From IMG/VR virus record IMGVR_UViG_3300008122_000001, positions 1 through 55,705 of that record: a stretch of 55,705 nucleotides of DNA, one strand, 5' to 3'. This DNA comes from a virus. Its lineage: Duplodnaviria > Heunggongvirae > Uroviricota > Caudoviricetes. The position numbers were made by a program, and so were the translations under genes. Position 1 is the stretch's first letter. Each line of letters starts with the position of its first letter. The notes under the pieces are model-generated. The model made no database searches and was not told the origin of the DNA. It saw only the letters and a list, made by a program, of their open reading frames with translations. Positions 38,224-48,500 of the stretch are shown here, in pieces.

Positions 38224-41200
38224 TAGTATAACTTCCAACTGAACTTGTATTTATCTTTTGAATTAATTGTTGTTTCATAACTTCTTCGTCAGATAAATAT
38301 GAAGCCATTTTTTTCTTATTATCAGCAGCTAATTGTTTATTGTTTGTTACTTTATTATCCGCAACTACAATTTTATTACCATCTGAATCTGTTTGATATA
38401 ATGGCGCACTTGTTCTTTGTTTGGAATTAGATGCAATACCACTAATAAGTGAGATATAAAACGGTCTATCTCCTGATAAATTAGTTACATCACTATTACC
38501 TACTAAGATACTTGCAGCCTTTTGTACTTCTTTAATTGTTTTACCAGCTTCTAATTTCTGAGAATCCAACCAAGAATTTCTTGTAACACCAGCCATACCA
38601 CCTACATAAGGTTTTCCATGTCTTACTATAGGGAAGTAAAGTAATGGTTGTCTCATTAATTGATTCTCTTCTACTTTAGCCATACCGTATTGAATAGCAG
38701 CAAATAAAATAATATCTAATGCAATTGTTAACGGATTTGATAATGTAACTGCTAACATAGAACTATAAAGAACACGACCTGTAACTTTAGCTGCTTCTAT
38801 AGTTGCTTTAGTTCCTAAACCTAATATTGGTTTAGTTGCTTTCCACACTAACCCTGATTTTCTATTTGTTCGTATCTCATTTACTTTTTCCATAAACTTA
38901 CTACTAGCTATAATAGCTTTTGGTTGACTGATAATACCACGAACATCTAAAGAACTCTTATTAACCCACATAGAAGCCTTACCAGCTTGTGTTTTAGCTA
39001 ATTGAGTGATCTTAGATCTAGTTCTTTCCCATAACCAAAGATCAGTTCTATTAACAAATATTCTATAGAAGTTTTTACTAAATCCAACAGCACCAGATGA
39101 ATATTGAACTCCAGCAAATTTAAGTATAGAGTTTTTACCACTCATGCCTATAGTGTTTGCAAGTGAGTTTACTAAATAAGCAGACAAACCAACTGTGGCT
39201 GCATAAATAGCTGCAACTTCTTTCTCAGTAGGGTTTGAATTAACCTTATCCATTTCTAATTCAGCTTGTCTTAGAATAGTTAAATAATCTGAAACCATAT
39301 TAAAGTCTTCACTAGAAAAGTTAGAACCAACTACAGTTTTCATTTTAGATGTTACAATTTTACATGCACAAATTAAATTTAACCATAAAGAAGAATACAT
39401 AAAATTAGCTGCTTCTACATACTGACCCGGTACTATCTCAGTTACAAAACCTACCTTCTCATTGAAATGATGGTAACATTCTCTAACCAATACTAGTCCA
39501 TGCATTCTCATATCAGAATCATCTAAGAATACATAATCACCAGCTTTTAACGTTGGATTACCTACTATTAGTATTTTTCCTTGATACATTTTTTCAGCTT
39601 CTTTTTTAAGTTCCTCTGTTCCATAAAGGAATGCAGAGTATTTACTTAAACAACCACTTAATGTTAATTCTTTAGCTCTAATATCAAAAGGATATAAATT
39701 ATCATCAGCTTTAGCATCATATACTTCTAAATCCCAAGGCTTACCACCTAATGCATCACTTCTATCTTCATAATAATTAACTCTAACTTTAGTTGAATAT
39801 GTTGAATTCAATCTTAAACCATTATTAATTAAATTATTATTAGAAGTAACTAAATGGATATTTGAGACTGGAGCCATTCTCTCTCTACGTCTATTATAAT
39901 ACGTAGCTAAATCAAAACCAATACCAGTGTCTTTTTGATCCGCAGCAGATATTTGTAAAGCTTTAGTTAAATCTTTTTTGAAGTACATTTGTTCTTTTAT
40001 TCCGTAGAATAAAGTCATACGATCTTCATATAACATAGGCTTACAAATAGTGTTAGGGTGTCTATATTCCATTTGTTTCATACATTGCCAAGGTGTCATT
40101 TTATAGACTGCAAAAGGATATCCTCCAGCATGGTTAGAGAACCAACTAGCAATATTAGTAATCCAACCACTATAGTTAGAATACTCATCATCTATTTTTT
40201 CAATTTCAGGAGCAAATACGTTCATAAACAATCTACTCTTATATGAAGCTTTTGTAAAATCAACAAACCAATTATAAGAGAAACTGAAACGACCAGGAGC
40301 TAAAGATCTATCTTCTGGGTCTGTACTGTTTCTAAATTTATCTGATACAAACCCACTATTATAACCAAAGTGTTCTATAGTCTCATTAACTAAAGCTTCA
40401 CCAATAACAGAAGCAGTACTTATATTATCATTTTGATCATTCATGAAAGTAGGTTTTTCAGTTGCTAATAGATCACTAAGTAACTCTTTACCATACCCTT
40501 CTAAAATTAAATTAAGATTTTGATTACTAGTTTCTAAATCTACAATAGATCCATTAAATACTATTTCTAGTTCATTAGGGTCATTACCGTAACCTAATCT
40601 TACTTGTATTTTGTTACCAGGTTTTAATTGTATTCTATTGTTTTTAAACTGTATTTCTTCAGATAAACCAATAGCATTTACATTAACACCTTGCATTTTA
40701 GAAATACCTGCAAACCCATCAGTATTTAAGAAGGAAGGATCAGCAATAGAAATAACGGCTGTATCTATAGGGTTAGAATCATTATTACAACTCATTCCAA
40801 AAGACTTAACACCTTTTATTTCATAATAAAGAATATCACCTTTTAAAGTATCTAACCAAAACTTATCGTTTTCATTACCTATAGTCATATAAACTTTGAT
40901 AGACGGTAAAGATGCTTTTAGACCTACATTAGTGTTTTTATAAATGTTTTCAAAAATAGCATCAGCTAATTTATCTTCATTAAATACTGTATTTTCATCA
41001 GTAACACCTTTACGAGTTCTTTCTAAAGAAGGTAATTCATCTGAAACAACTCTATTAGATATATTTGCCATTTGACTTGGATTGTCACCAGGTTTATATA
41101 GTGCTAATTCTTTAGTTCCAAATGGATTAACTGGAGTACCATTATATCTTACTTCATAGTGTAAATGAGCACCAGTACTTCTACCAGTATTACCTACTTC

Positions 41201-44200
41201 ACCTATTTTTTGACCTTGAATAACACTAGCACCATTAGCTACAGATGCAGCTCTTAAGTGTGCATATAAAGATAAGAAACCATTTCCATGATCTATTTTT
41301 ACATGTAATCCATAACCAGAACTTCCTGAATTTATTACAGTAGCTTTACCTGAAGCAGCAGCTATTACTGTTCCACCTTGAACTTTATAAGTAGCTAAAT
41401 CTATACCAGTATGTCTGTAACTCTTACCTTTAGCATTTGTTCTTGCTTCACCAAAAGGTGCAGATATTCTGTACTTAACTTCTGTACCTAAAGGTATGAA
41501 ATTATTTAAAGCATTTGCATTTGCTTTTTTAGCATACTCAAAATCTTTTTCAGTAAACTTTTGATAGTTAACATTATTCTTTAAATTGTTTAAAGTATTA
41601 TTACTTAACTTAGTTAAATCTACTCTGTTTTCACTTCTCGGTTTAGTAAGTACACCGTCAGGGTAAGACCATAATCCTTTTTGATTTTGTTTAGCTTGAC
41701 TCTCTGCTTTTGTGTATTCACCTGTAACTGTAAACCCTTCAGGTACAAAACCAAAACCATTTCTTAACATTGTTAATGAAACATTAGTACCATCAGCTAA
41801 TTTAACTAAACCAACATTACGATCATACGTAGGTCCACCTAATTGTACTGTAACATTTTTACCATTAACTAAAGCTGTTAATGCATCTTTAGCATTTTTA
41901 CCAAATATCTCAAGATCTTCAAGACTAACACTTTCAGGTGTATCTAAACCATACAAACGTACTTTATGAGTTTTATTAGTCTTAGTGTCTCTTACAACTA
42001 TTGTATCACCATCTGTTATACTTATTACTACTCCTTTAATAGTTTTAGAACTTGTAGTATTAGATGTATTTTTATCTTCTTTAGATTTAGATGCTTCTTG
42101 ATATGCTTTATTAGCAGAATCAATAGCTTCTTGTTGTTTCTTAAATGGTATAAAAGCTTTAGTACCACTATTAGTTAATTTTTTATTCTGTTCAGATAAG
42201 TTATCAAGTAGTTTGTCTGCTTGGCTTTTAACAGTATCTGATGCATTAATTTTATTATAACTTGGTACATTATCAATAGACATAGCTTTTGCCATATGGC
42301 TATAATAATTTCTTACTGTCTGTACATCATTACTACCTATAAATGAAGCTGATTGTGCTCTAATTAAAGATCTTACTTCTCCTGGTATACTAGTAGCTCC
42401 ATTCTCTAAAACAGCTTTAACAGCGTTTAAACCACCTCTACCGATGTTATGTTGAATGAAAGAATAAACAGGGTCAGTTACCCCTCCTTTTTGAGTTCCA
42501 CCGTATTGCTCTTTAATATGTTTTTCAATAAACATTTGAGCATTTAAATACAAATCATTCATAGATGTATTTTTAACTTGGTTTACAAAATTACTAGATG
42601 GGTTTGCAGAATAACCTACTCTACCACCATTTGAATATTCTAATTTATTATTAGAATATTGTATTAAATCTTTTACAGCTATATAGGTAAATTGGAATAA
42701 ACCTACAGCACCTGTTCCTGATTTCATATTAGTACCATTAGCACTTTCTTTTAACAGTACAGCATAAACATAAGATCTAAATCCTTCATCTTTATCTTTA
42801 CCATATTTTTTAAGAGCTTTTTCGATAGCTTGAGAAATTTGTGGACTTACTTTTTTAGCTGATGCAGTACCTCCAGTAACTTTACCCATATTAGTAGCTA
42901 ATCCAGAACCAAAACCAATTGAATCTCCATAAATTTGACTTGTATCTAAAGGTATATAATCTATCTCTTCTAGTTTTCTATAAGTTACTTGTAAGTTAGG
43001 TACTGTTGCATCTACCTTATCTGTTTCTTCTGATGGTACAGAATTTAAATTAGTTAATAAGTCTTTATTGTAGTTAGAATCTCTATACATTTTTTCATAA
43101 ACTTGATTAAATTCATTTCCATTTAAAATAGTTTTTTCTTTTATAAAGAAAAATGGATCTATTCTTGGAACAAGTAAATCAGTTAATCTATTATATGCAT
43201 TAGGTGCTAATATTTCATAATCTAAATCTTCAATATTATAACCAAAGAATACTTTTGAATATTTCTCAGTAATGTTTTCTAATACTTCTTTTACTTCTTC
43301 ATTATTAAGAGCTTTCTCATTTACAATTGCTCCCTCTTTAATACCTGAATTAATTTTACTAATAATACTTAAAGCTAAATTATTAAATCTACCTGATGAA
43401 GTATAACTTACACTTGGTAATGTTGTTCCTAAACCTTTTTGTAAATTAGATCTAGTTTTTAAAATGTACACCATAAATGGGATTAAAGAATTATGTAATT
43501 GTAAACTAGTTAAAGAAATACCTTCTTTCTTAGCTTCTTTTCTTTTCTTTTCAGCTTCTTTTATATAAGCAATATTTGATGCATTCCCACCATACTTACT
43601 ATCTAATACACCTTCTGTAGCTACATCTACATTATGATTTTCTAAATAAGGTTTGTATAATTTATATCTAGAAAGTTCTTTAGTATAAGTAGTATCTATC
43701 TTTTTGTATTTTCTAATTATATTACTTCCAGGTTTTAAATCTGAAGAATTATCAATAGCACTTGTTATAGCTTCATATTGAGGATAACCATTCATAGTCA
43801 TCTCTGACATAGCTTCTTTACTTAATTCTATTATAGCTTTATAAATAGTTAGTATATGTATGTTTGTTAAGTTATTATTAGAATCTCTACTATTTAAAAT
43901 ATTAGCTAAAGATTGTGGCATACCGATAAGCCATTGAATAATTATATCGATAATTTTTTCTTGGCTCTTATCTAAACTATTAGCACCACTAGCTTCTACT
44001 CTACCTTGCTCAACAAATTCAGTTAAATCACTTTCATTAAATGAATATTGTATATTTTCTAATCCTTGAGAATTAGCACTAGCTGATACGACAGATTGTG
44101 ATGGTAAAAATGCTTCACAATCAAATAAGAAAGTGGCAAGAGATTGTATTTTAATATAGTTATATGTTTCAGCTTCTGGTATTGCAATTCTATTATAATC

Positions 44201-45523
44201 TAGAACATTTAGTACTTGCTTAATAAAAACATTTACTGGTGGTTCATTAGTTTTATAAATATCATAATTAACAGAAGACATAGTTACATTAACGTTAACA
44301 GGGTACTTACCTAAGTATTGAACTATAGGATGTTTATAAGAACCAATTTGATGTGTTACTAATCTATTCTTTCTTCTTATTTCAATTTTATTTACACCTA
44401 AAGCTAAAGACTGAATATCAGTACCTACCCAATCAATGAAAACATCTTTTGATCCCATAGGCATAGTTGATTTTGCTTTATCTTTATTAGTGTTAGATTG
44501 TTTAATTTGATCTTTATATTCTTGTGCTACTTCTATAAATGGGTTTACAATTTCATTACTTTCAGATTTATCTTTTGGTTTTTCTTCTTTTTTAGAAGTT
44601 TTAATTTCACCTTGTTTAATTCTATCTTCTGAATTAATAGTTTGAATCTTTTCAGTATTTACAAATTCAGGTCCATCGAAACTAAAATCTTGTTGAGATA
44701 AAGTAGCTAATAAGTTTTCAAATGTACCTTCATCATATTTAGATATATCTGTAACAGTTATTACTTTAGTACCTTTACCTACATATCTACCATCTTCTAC
44801 ATTTTCAATACCTTCACTAATTACACTCATAGTAGGAGCTAAAATTTTAACTCCCATCATAGGGTGTGCAGATTTAGTATTAGTAATTGTATAATCTAAC
44901 AAACTAGATTCAGTAAGATTTTCAAGAACTTTTTTAACTCTTGGATTCATATATTGTTTCCAAACTTCTGAATCTCTTAATGAGTTAACAACTACTGCTC
45001 CAGTATCATCTTCATAAGGCATACCTTGACTATTTAAAGCTACATTTAAATTAGATCTAAATTCAAAATCTTGAATCAATGGAGTATGGTTATAGTATTG
45101 TAAAACAACTTCTAAGAAAACCATATTAGATGCAGCTGCATCTTGAACAAGAGCTATTTCATCTACAGCAAATATCATATAGTCTGTAACAGACATATTA
45201 GTTGGAGAGATATAAGCTTTTATTCTATTATTTTTTATAAAACAAAAAGGGTAAGCATTTAATTCTGAAACTAGCTTAATACAGTTATATGTATTATTTA
45301 AACCTGTCTTATCTTCTTCTGTTAAATATGTAATCTGAAAAGGTATATTAAGAACTACTTTTGTTGCAGAATATTTTGAACGATAACAAAAGACAGCTTT
45401 AGATCTTAAATAACTGTCTTCCATAACCCAGTTGTCATCCATTACTTGAATATCAGACGGATTTATTTCCATTTCTATATCATTTATTATAAAAACTTCT
45501 TGTTGTTTATTATTAGCAACCAT
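38213..45523 (-). CDS. Baseplate hub / tail lysin: lytic transglycosylase, staphylococcal nuclease, M23 peptidase and hub domains
   Basis: KES..GAVGLFQF..HNIG (SLT); DGDT..RLYGLDTPE..YDR..KGLW (SNase); HTGID..YAHL..HLHYE (M23); LKPGNKIQVRLGYG..VFNG and GNPTLKAGD (hub). Confidence 0.9.
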   Translation of the reverse strand: MVANNKQQEVFIINDIEMEINPSDIQVMDDNWVMEDSYLRSKAVFCYRSKYSATKVVLNIPFQITYLTEEDKTGLNNTYNCIKLVSELNAYPFCFIKNNRIKAYISPTNMSVTDYMIFAVDEIALVQDAAASNMVFLEVVLQYYNHTPLIQDFEFRSNLNVALNSQGMPYEDDTGAVVVNSLRDSEVWKQYMNPRVKKVLENLTESSLLDYTITNTKSAHPMMGVKILAPTMSVISEGIENVEDGRYVGKGTKVITVTDISKYDEGTFENLLATLSQQDFSFDGPEFVNTEKIQTINSEDRIKQGEIKTSKKEEKPKDKSESNEIVNPFIEVAQEYKDQIKQSNTNKDKAKSTMPMGSKDVFIDWVGTDIQSLALGVNKIEIRRKNRLVTHQIGSYKHPIVQYLGKYPVNVNVTMSSVNYDIYKTNEPPVNVFIKQVLNVLDYNRIAIPEAETYNYIKIQSLATFLFDCEAFLPSQSVVSASANSQGLENIQYSFNESDLTEFVEQGRVEASGANSLDKSQEKIIDIIIQWLIGMPQSLANILNSRDSNNNLTNIHILTIYKAIIELSKEAMSEMTMNGYPQYEAITSAIDNSSDLKPGSNIIRKYKKIDTTYTKELSRYKLYKPYLENHNVDVATEGVLDSKYGGNASNIAYIKEAEKKRKEAKKEGISLTSLQLHNSLIPFMVYILKTRSNLQKGLGTTLPSVSYTSSGRFNNLALSIISKINSGIKEGAIVNEKALNNEEVKEVLENITEKYSKVFFGYNIEDLDYEILAPNAYNRLTDLLVPRIDPFFFIKEKTILNGNEFNQVYEKMYRDSNYNKDLLTNLNSVPSEETDKVDATVPNLQVTYRKLEEIDYIPLDTSQIYGDSIGFGSGLATNMGKVTGGTASAKKVSPQISQAIEKALKKYGKDKDEGFRSYVYAVLLKESANGTNMKSGTGAVGLFQFTYIAVKDLIQYSNNKLEYSNGGRVGYSANPSSNFVNQVKNTSMNDLYLNAQMFIEKHIKEQYGGTQKGGVTDPVYSFIQHNIGRGGLNAVKAVLENGATSIPGEVRSLIRAQSASFIGSNDVQTVRNYYSHMAKAMSIDNVPSYNKINASDTVKSQADKLLDNLSEQNKKLTNSGTKAFIPFKKQQEAIDSANKAYQEASKSKEDKNTSNTTSSKTIKGVVISITDGDTIVVRDTKTNKTHKVRLYGLDTPESVSLEDLEIFGKNAKDALTALVNGKNVTVQLGGPTYDRNVGLVKLADGTNVSLTMLRNGFGFVPEGFTVTGEYTKAESQAKQNQKGLWSYPDGVLTKPRSENRVDLTKLSNNTLNNLKNNVNYQKFTEKDFEYAKKANANALNNFIPLGTEVKYRISAPFGEARTNAKGKSYRHTGIDLATYKVQGGTVIAAASGKATVINSGSSGYGLHVKIDHGNGFLSLYAHLRAASVANGASVIQGQKIGEVGNTGRSTGAHLHYEVRYNGTPVNPFGTKELALYKPGDNPSQMANISNRVVSDELPSLERTRKGVTDENTVFNEDKLADAIFENIYKNTNVGLKASLPSIKVYMTIGNENDKFWLDTLKGDILYYEIKGVKSFGMSCNNDSNPIDTAVISIADPSFLNTDGFAGISKMQGVNVNAIGLSEEIQFKNNRIQLKPGNKIQVRLGYGNDPNELEIVFNGSIVDLETSNQNLNLILEGYGKELLSDLLATEKPTFMNDQNDNISTASVIGEALVNETIEHFGYNSGFVSDKFRNSTDPEDRSLAPGRFSFSYNWFVDFTKASYKSRLFMNVFAPEIEKIDDEYSNYSGWITNIASWFSNHAGGYPFAVYKMTPWQCMKQMEYRHPNTICKPMLYEDRMTLFYGIKEQMYFKKDLTKALQISAADQKDTGIGFDLATYYNRRRERMAPVSNIHLVTSNNNLINNGLRLNSTYSTKVRVNYYEDRSDALGGKPWDLEVYDAKADDNLYPFDIRAKELTLSGCLSKYSAFLYGTEELKKEAEKMYQGKILIVGNPTLKAGDYVFLDDSDMRMHGLVLVRECYHHFNEKVGFVTEIVPGQYVEAANFMYSSLWLNLICACKIVTSKMKTVVGSNFSSEDFNMVSDYLTILRQAELEMDKVNSNPTEKEVAAIYAATVGLSAYLVNSLANTIGMSGKNSILKFAGVQYSSGAVGFSKNFYRIFVNRTDLWLWERTRSKITQLAKTQAGKASMWVNKSSLDVRGIISQPKAIIASSKFMEKVNEIRTNRKSGLVWKATKPILGLGTKATIEAAKVTGRVLYSSMLAVTLSNPLTIALDIILFAAIQYGMAKVEENQLMRQPLLYFPIVRHGKPYVGGMAGVTRNSWLDSQKLEAGKTIKEVQKAASILVGNSDVTNLSGDRPFYISLISGIASNSKQRTSAPLYQTDSDGNKIVVADNKVTNNKQLAADNKKKMASYLSDEEVMKQQLIQKINTSSVGSYTNDI

Positions 45524-45544
45524 ATTCTTAATATACCTATATAA

Positions 45545-48500
45545 TTAGTTTGTTTGTAATCTTGCAGATCTTATACCTTCTCCAAAGAGAGAGTTAGATA
45601 AATTATAGATTTGATCTTGTACGTTTCCAGAATCTAACATACTGTTATACTCATTATACATATCACTCATACCATTAACCATTTCGCCACCTACTTTTAT
45701 ACCCTTAGCTCCGAAAGTTTTAGGTAATATGTATCCTGCTTTATTTGGATTTGTTTCTACACCCATTGGTGTATTATTTTGGGTTTCACCATCATAAGCT
45801 CCTGGAGATCTTAACATACTAGCACTATGTTGTCTAGCAGCTGATCTACTATCAGAGAAACTTGGTTGTTCTCTTCCTAATAAAGCTACACCTGCCATAG
45901 CAGCTAAACCTCCTCCTATTAACATCTTATTGTTTTTAACAATATCAGTAATAAAATCAGTAGCTCCTAAAGCAACTTGACCTGTAGATTTTTTCAAGTG
46001 TTTTAATCCACTCTCATAATCCATTTCAGTTATACCTTGTTCTTTTATAATACTATTTAAAGTATCTATAAATTCTCCACTAGAACTTCCAAAACGTTTA
46101 TCATTTAAATCTAAAGGTGTAAACGGAGTATCTGTAACTTGTCTTGCATGATTTATTTCAGAAGAAATAATACTTTCCATGATCTTAACAGATTCAGCTT
46201 TAGTTTGTTTTCCTAAAAGAGTAGAAGTATCAATATTATTAATACCTAAGAAACTTGGTAAAGTATTTTTAAGTTCTTCTGCATATTGTTTAGTAGTAAC
46301 ACCTTCATAACCTTTCTTACCTAAGAATCCACTTCTCATTCTAGTTAATCTTTCTACATCTTGTTCAGTAACAAGTTGGAAAGAGTCTGTGTCTAAGTGA
46401 GCAGATTTCAAAAGGTTCTCAACTAATTGGTGAATCATTACACGACCTTGTGTTAATTCCTTACTAGTACTACCTAAATGTCCAAGATTCATCTCTAATG
46501 CTTTAGCATATGAAACAGCTAATCCAGTTGCTGGAGCAGCTAGTGTTTTTCTGTTTCTACCTTTTAACCCACCTGATACTCTATACGTAGCATATTCTTC
46601 TGCATTTTGAAAATCAAGTGCAGATTTCATATTAGCCTTATTACCTTTAACTTTCATAGCTTTAGTTACCTCAGCCATTTCAAAGAAAGATTGTCTAATA
46701 GGTGCTCGTTTTCTTTCAATATCTTCATATTGACTTCTAGTTTGGAAATCACCTAAAAGTGTTTGAACCATATCCTGATCACCGTCACCAAACATTGCAT
46801 TGTAATAAATATCATTACTAATAGGTATAAAAATGTTTCCAGCATTATTTTTATTTAAGGTTGTATCTACATATAAAGAAATTAAATCAGAAGATAAAGG
46901 ACCTTGAGCTGGTTCCCTAGTTATTAAACTTGCTAAAGGTATTACATCATTACCTCTTTTAAAAACTGGTCGTTTAAGATTATCATATCCATCTACTGTT
47001 TCCCAATTCAAATCAACACCAAGTTGTTTAGCTTTTTGTCTAGCATCATCTTCAGAAACAAACCAAGCATGTCTGTTTTCTTTTAATTCTGAAGTGGCAA
47101 ATTTATCAGCGTTACCACCAATATATTTAACCTGCATAATACTTGATTTATCAGAGTATAAAGATAAACCAGTTTTAAGTAAGTTATTATCACCAGACAT
47201 CATGTTCTTAGTGAAAATATCATATTTTTCTAGTTTTTCTTTTAATACTTGTTCTGTTCTTATTCTTTCTTCTTTAGTTTTACTATCTCTGAAAGCTAAG
47301 TCAGATACCATTATATCTATCTTTCTTTTCTCTAAATCTTTAAGGATTTTTAAATCTGAATCTTCATACAACCCACTTCTATTAGTTGTTAATCTTGAGA
47401 AATTAATTGATTGTACATCACCTGATCTGAAAGATAAATTATATGTTAAATATGGATTATTCTCTAATATATCCACAGACCTTCCGAAAGAACTTCTAAG
47501 TAATTCTAAACGTTGTTCTGGTGTATTATTTTGAGTAATAATATTTAAGAATCTTCCTTCTTTCCCTTGTATTACAGAATTAATAGAATTTTTAGATATT
47601 CTTCTTTCTTCGCTTATACTTCTTAATTCATATAAAGCTTCTTCATTTTTTAAACCAAACAATGAAAGATCTTTTGATGTAAATCCAGAAGATTTTAAGT
47701 TAGTAATAGCAGCCCATGATAATTTAGCTTTTTTATCTTTACCTACAATTGAAGCACCTTTGTTAAAACTACCTACAGCTAAACTATGACCAGATAAATA
47801 ATTATTAACTAAATCAGAACTAGCAACAATGTTATAAGCTCTTTGTAAAAAATCACCTTTATTTTCTGCATTCCTAAAATTGTCAATATTAAAATGATAT
47901 AGAAAATCTTCTCTAAATGAAGAATTTAATGCACCTTTTTTTATCTTATTTTCAATATCAACAGCTAAAGTAGTAGTTAAATCTACAGCACCTTTATGCT
48001 CAGAAAATAAAGCAGAAACCATCGCTGAACCTGCTACTGAATTATTTCTTTTCATTAACAGATCATAAATATTGTTACCCCTTGCACCTTCTCTAAGCAT
48101 AGTTCTGATTTTAGAAGCACCAGTATCTTCTGCTCTTGAGATTAATGTTATAGGATTTACTACAGTATTGTCTTTAGTTTCTAATGTTTTACTTAAAGCT
48201 GAAATTAATGATGATCTTGAACTATGATTTACACCATCTAAATCAAAAGAACCATTTGCAAGTTCTGTTACTCGTCCTTGATTTATTGCTGTACCTAATG
48301 CAGTAAGAACATTAAATCTAGATTCAGTTAAACCAGTGTTTAAAGATTTAGTACCAGTAGAATAGAATTTCATGTTCTGCTCAGTAGTAGGATCAAAAAT
48401 AGATTCTGTAACTAAACGAATATCTTTTTCAGTCATAAAACCATCAATGATTTTACCTTCTGTATACATTTTATTTAGATGTATAGGACTTCCATTTTCT

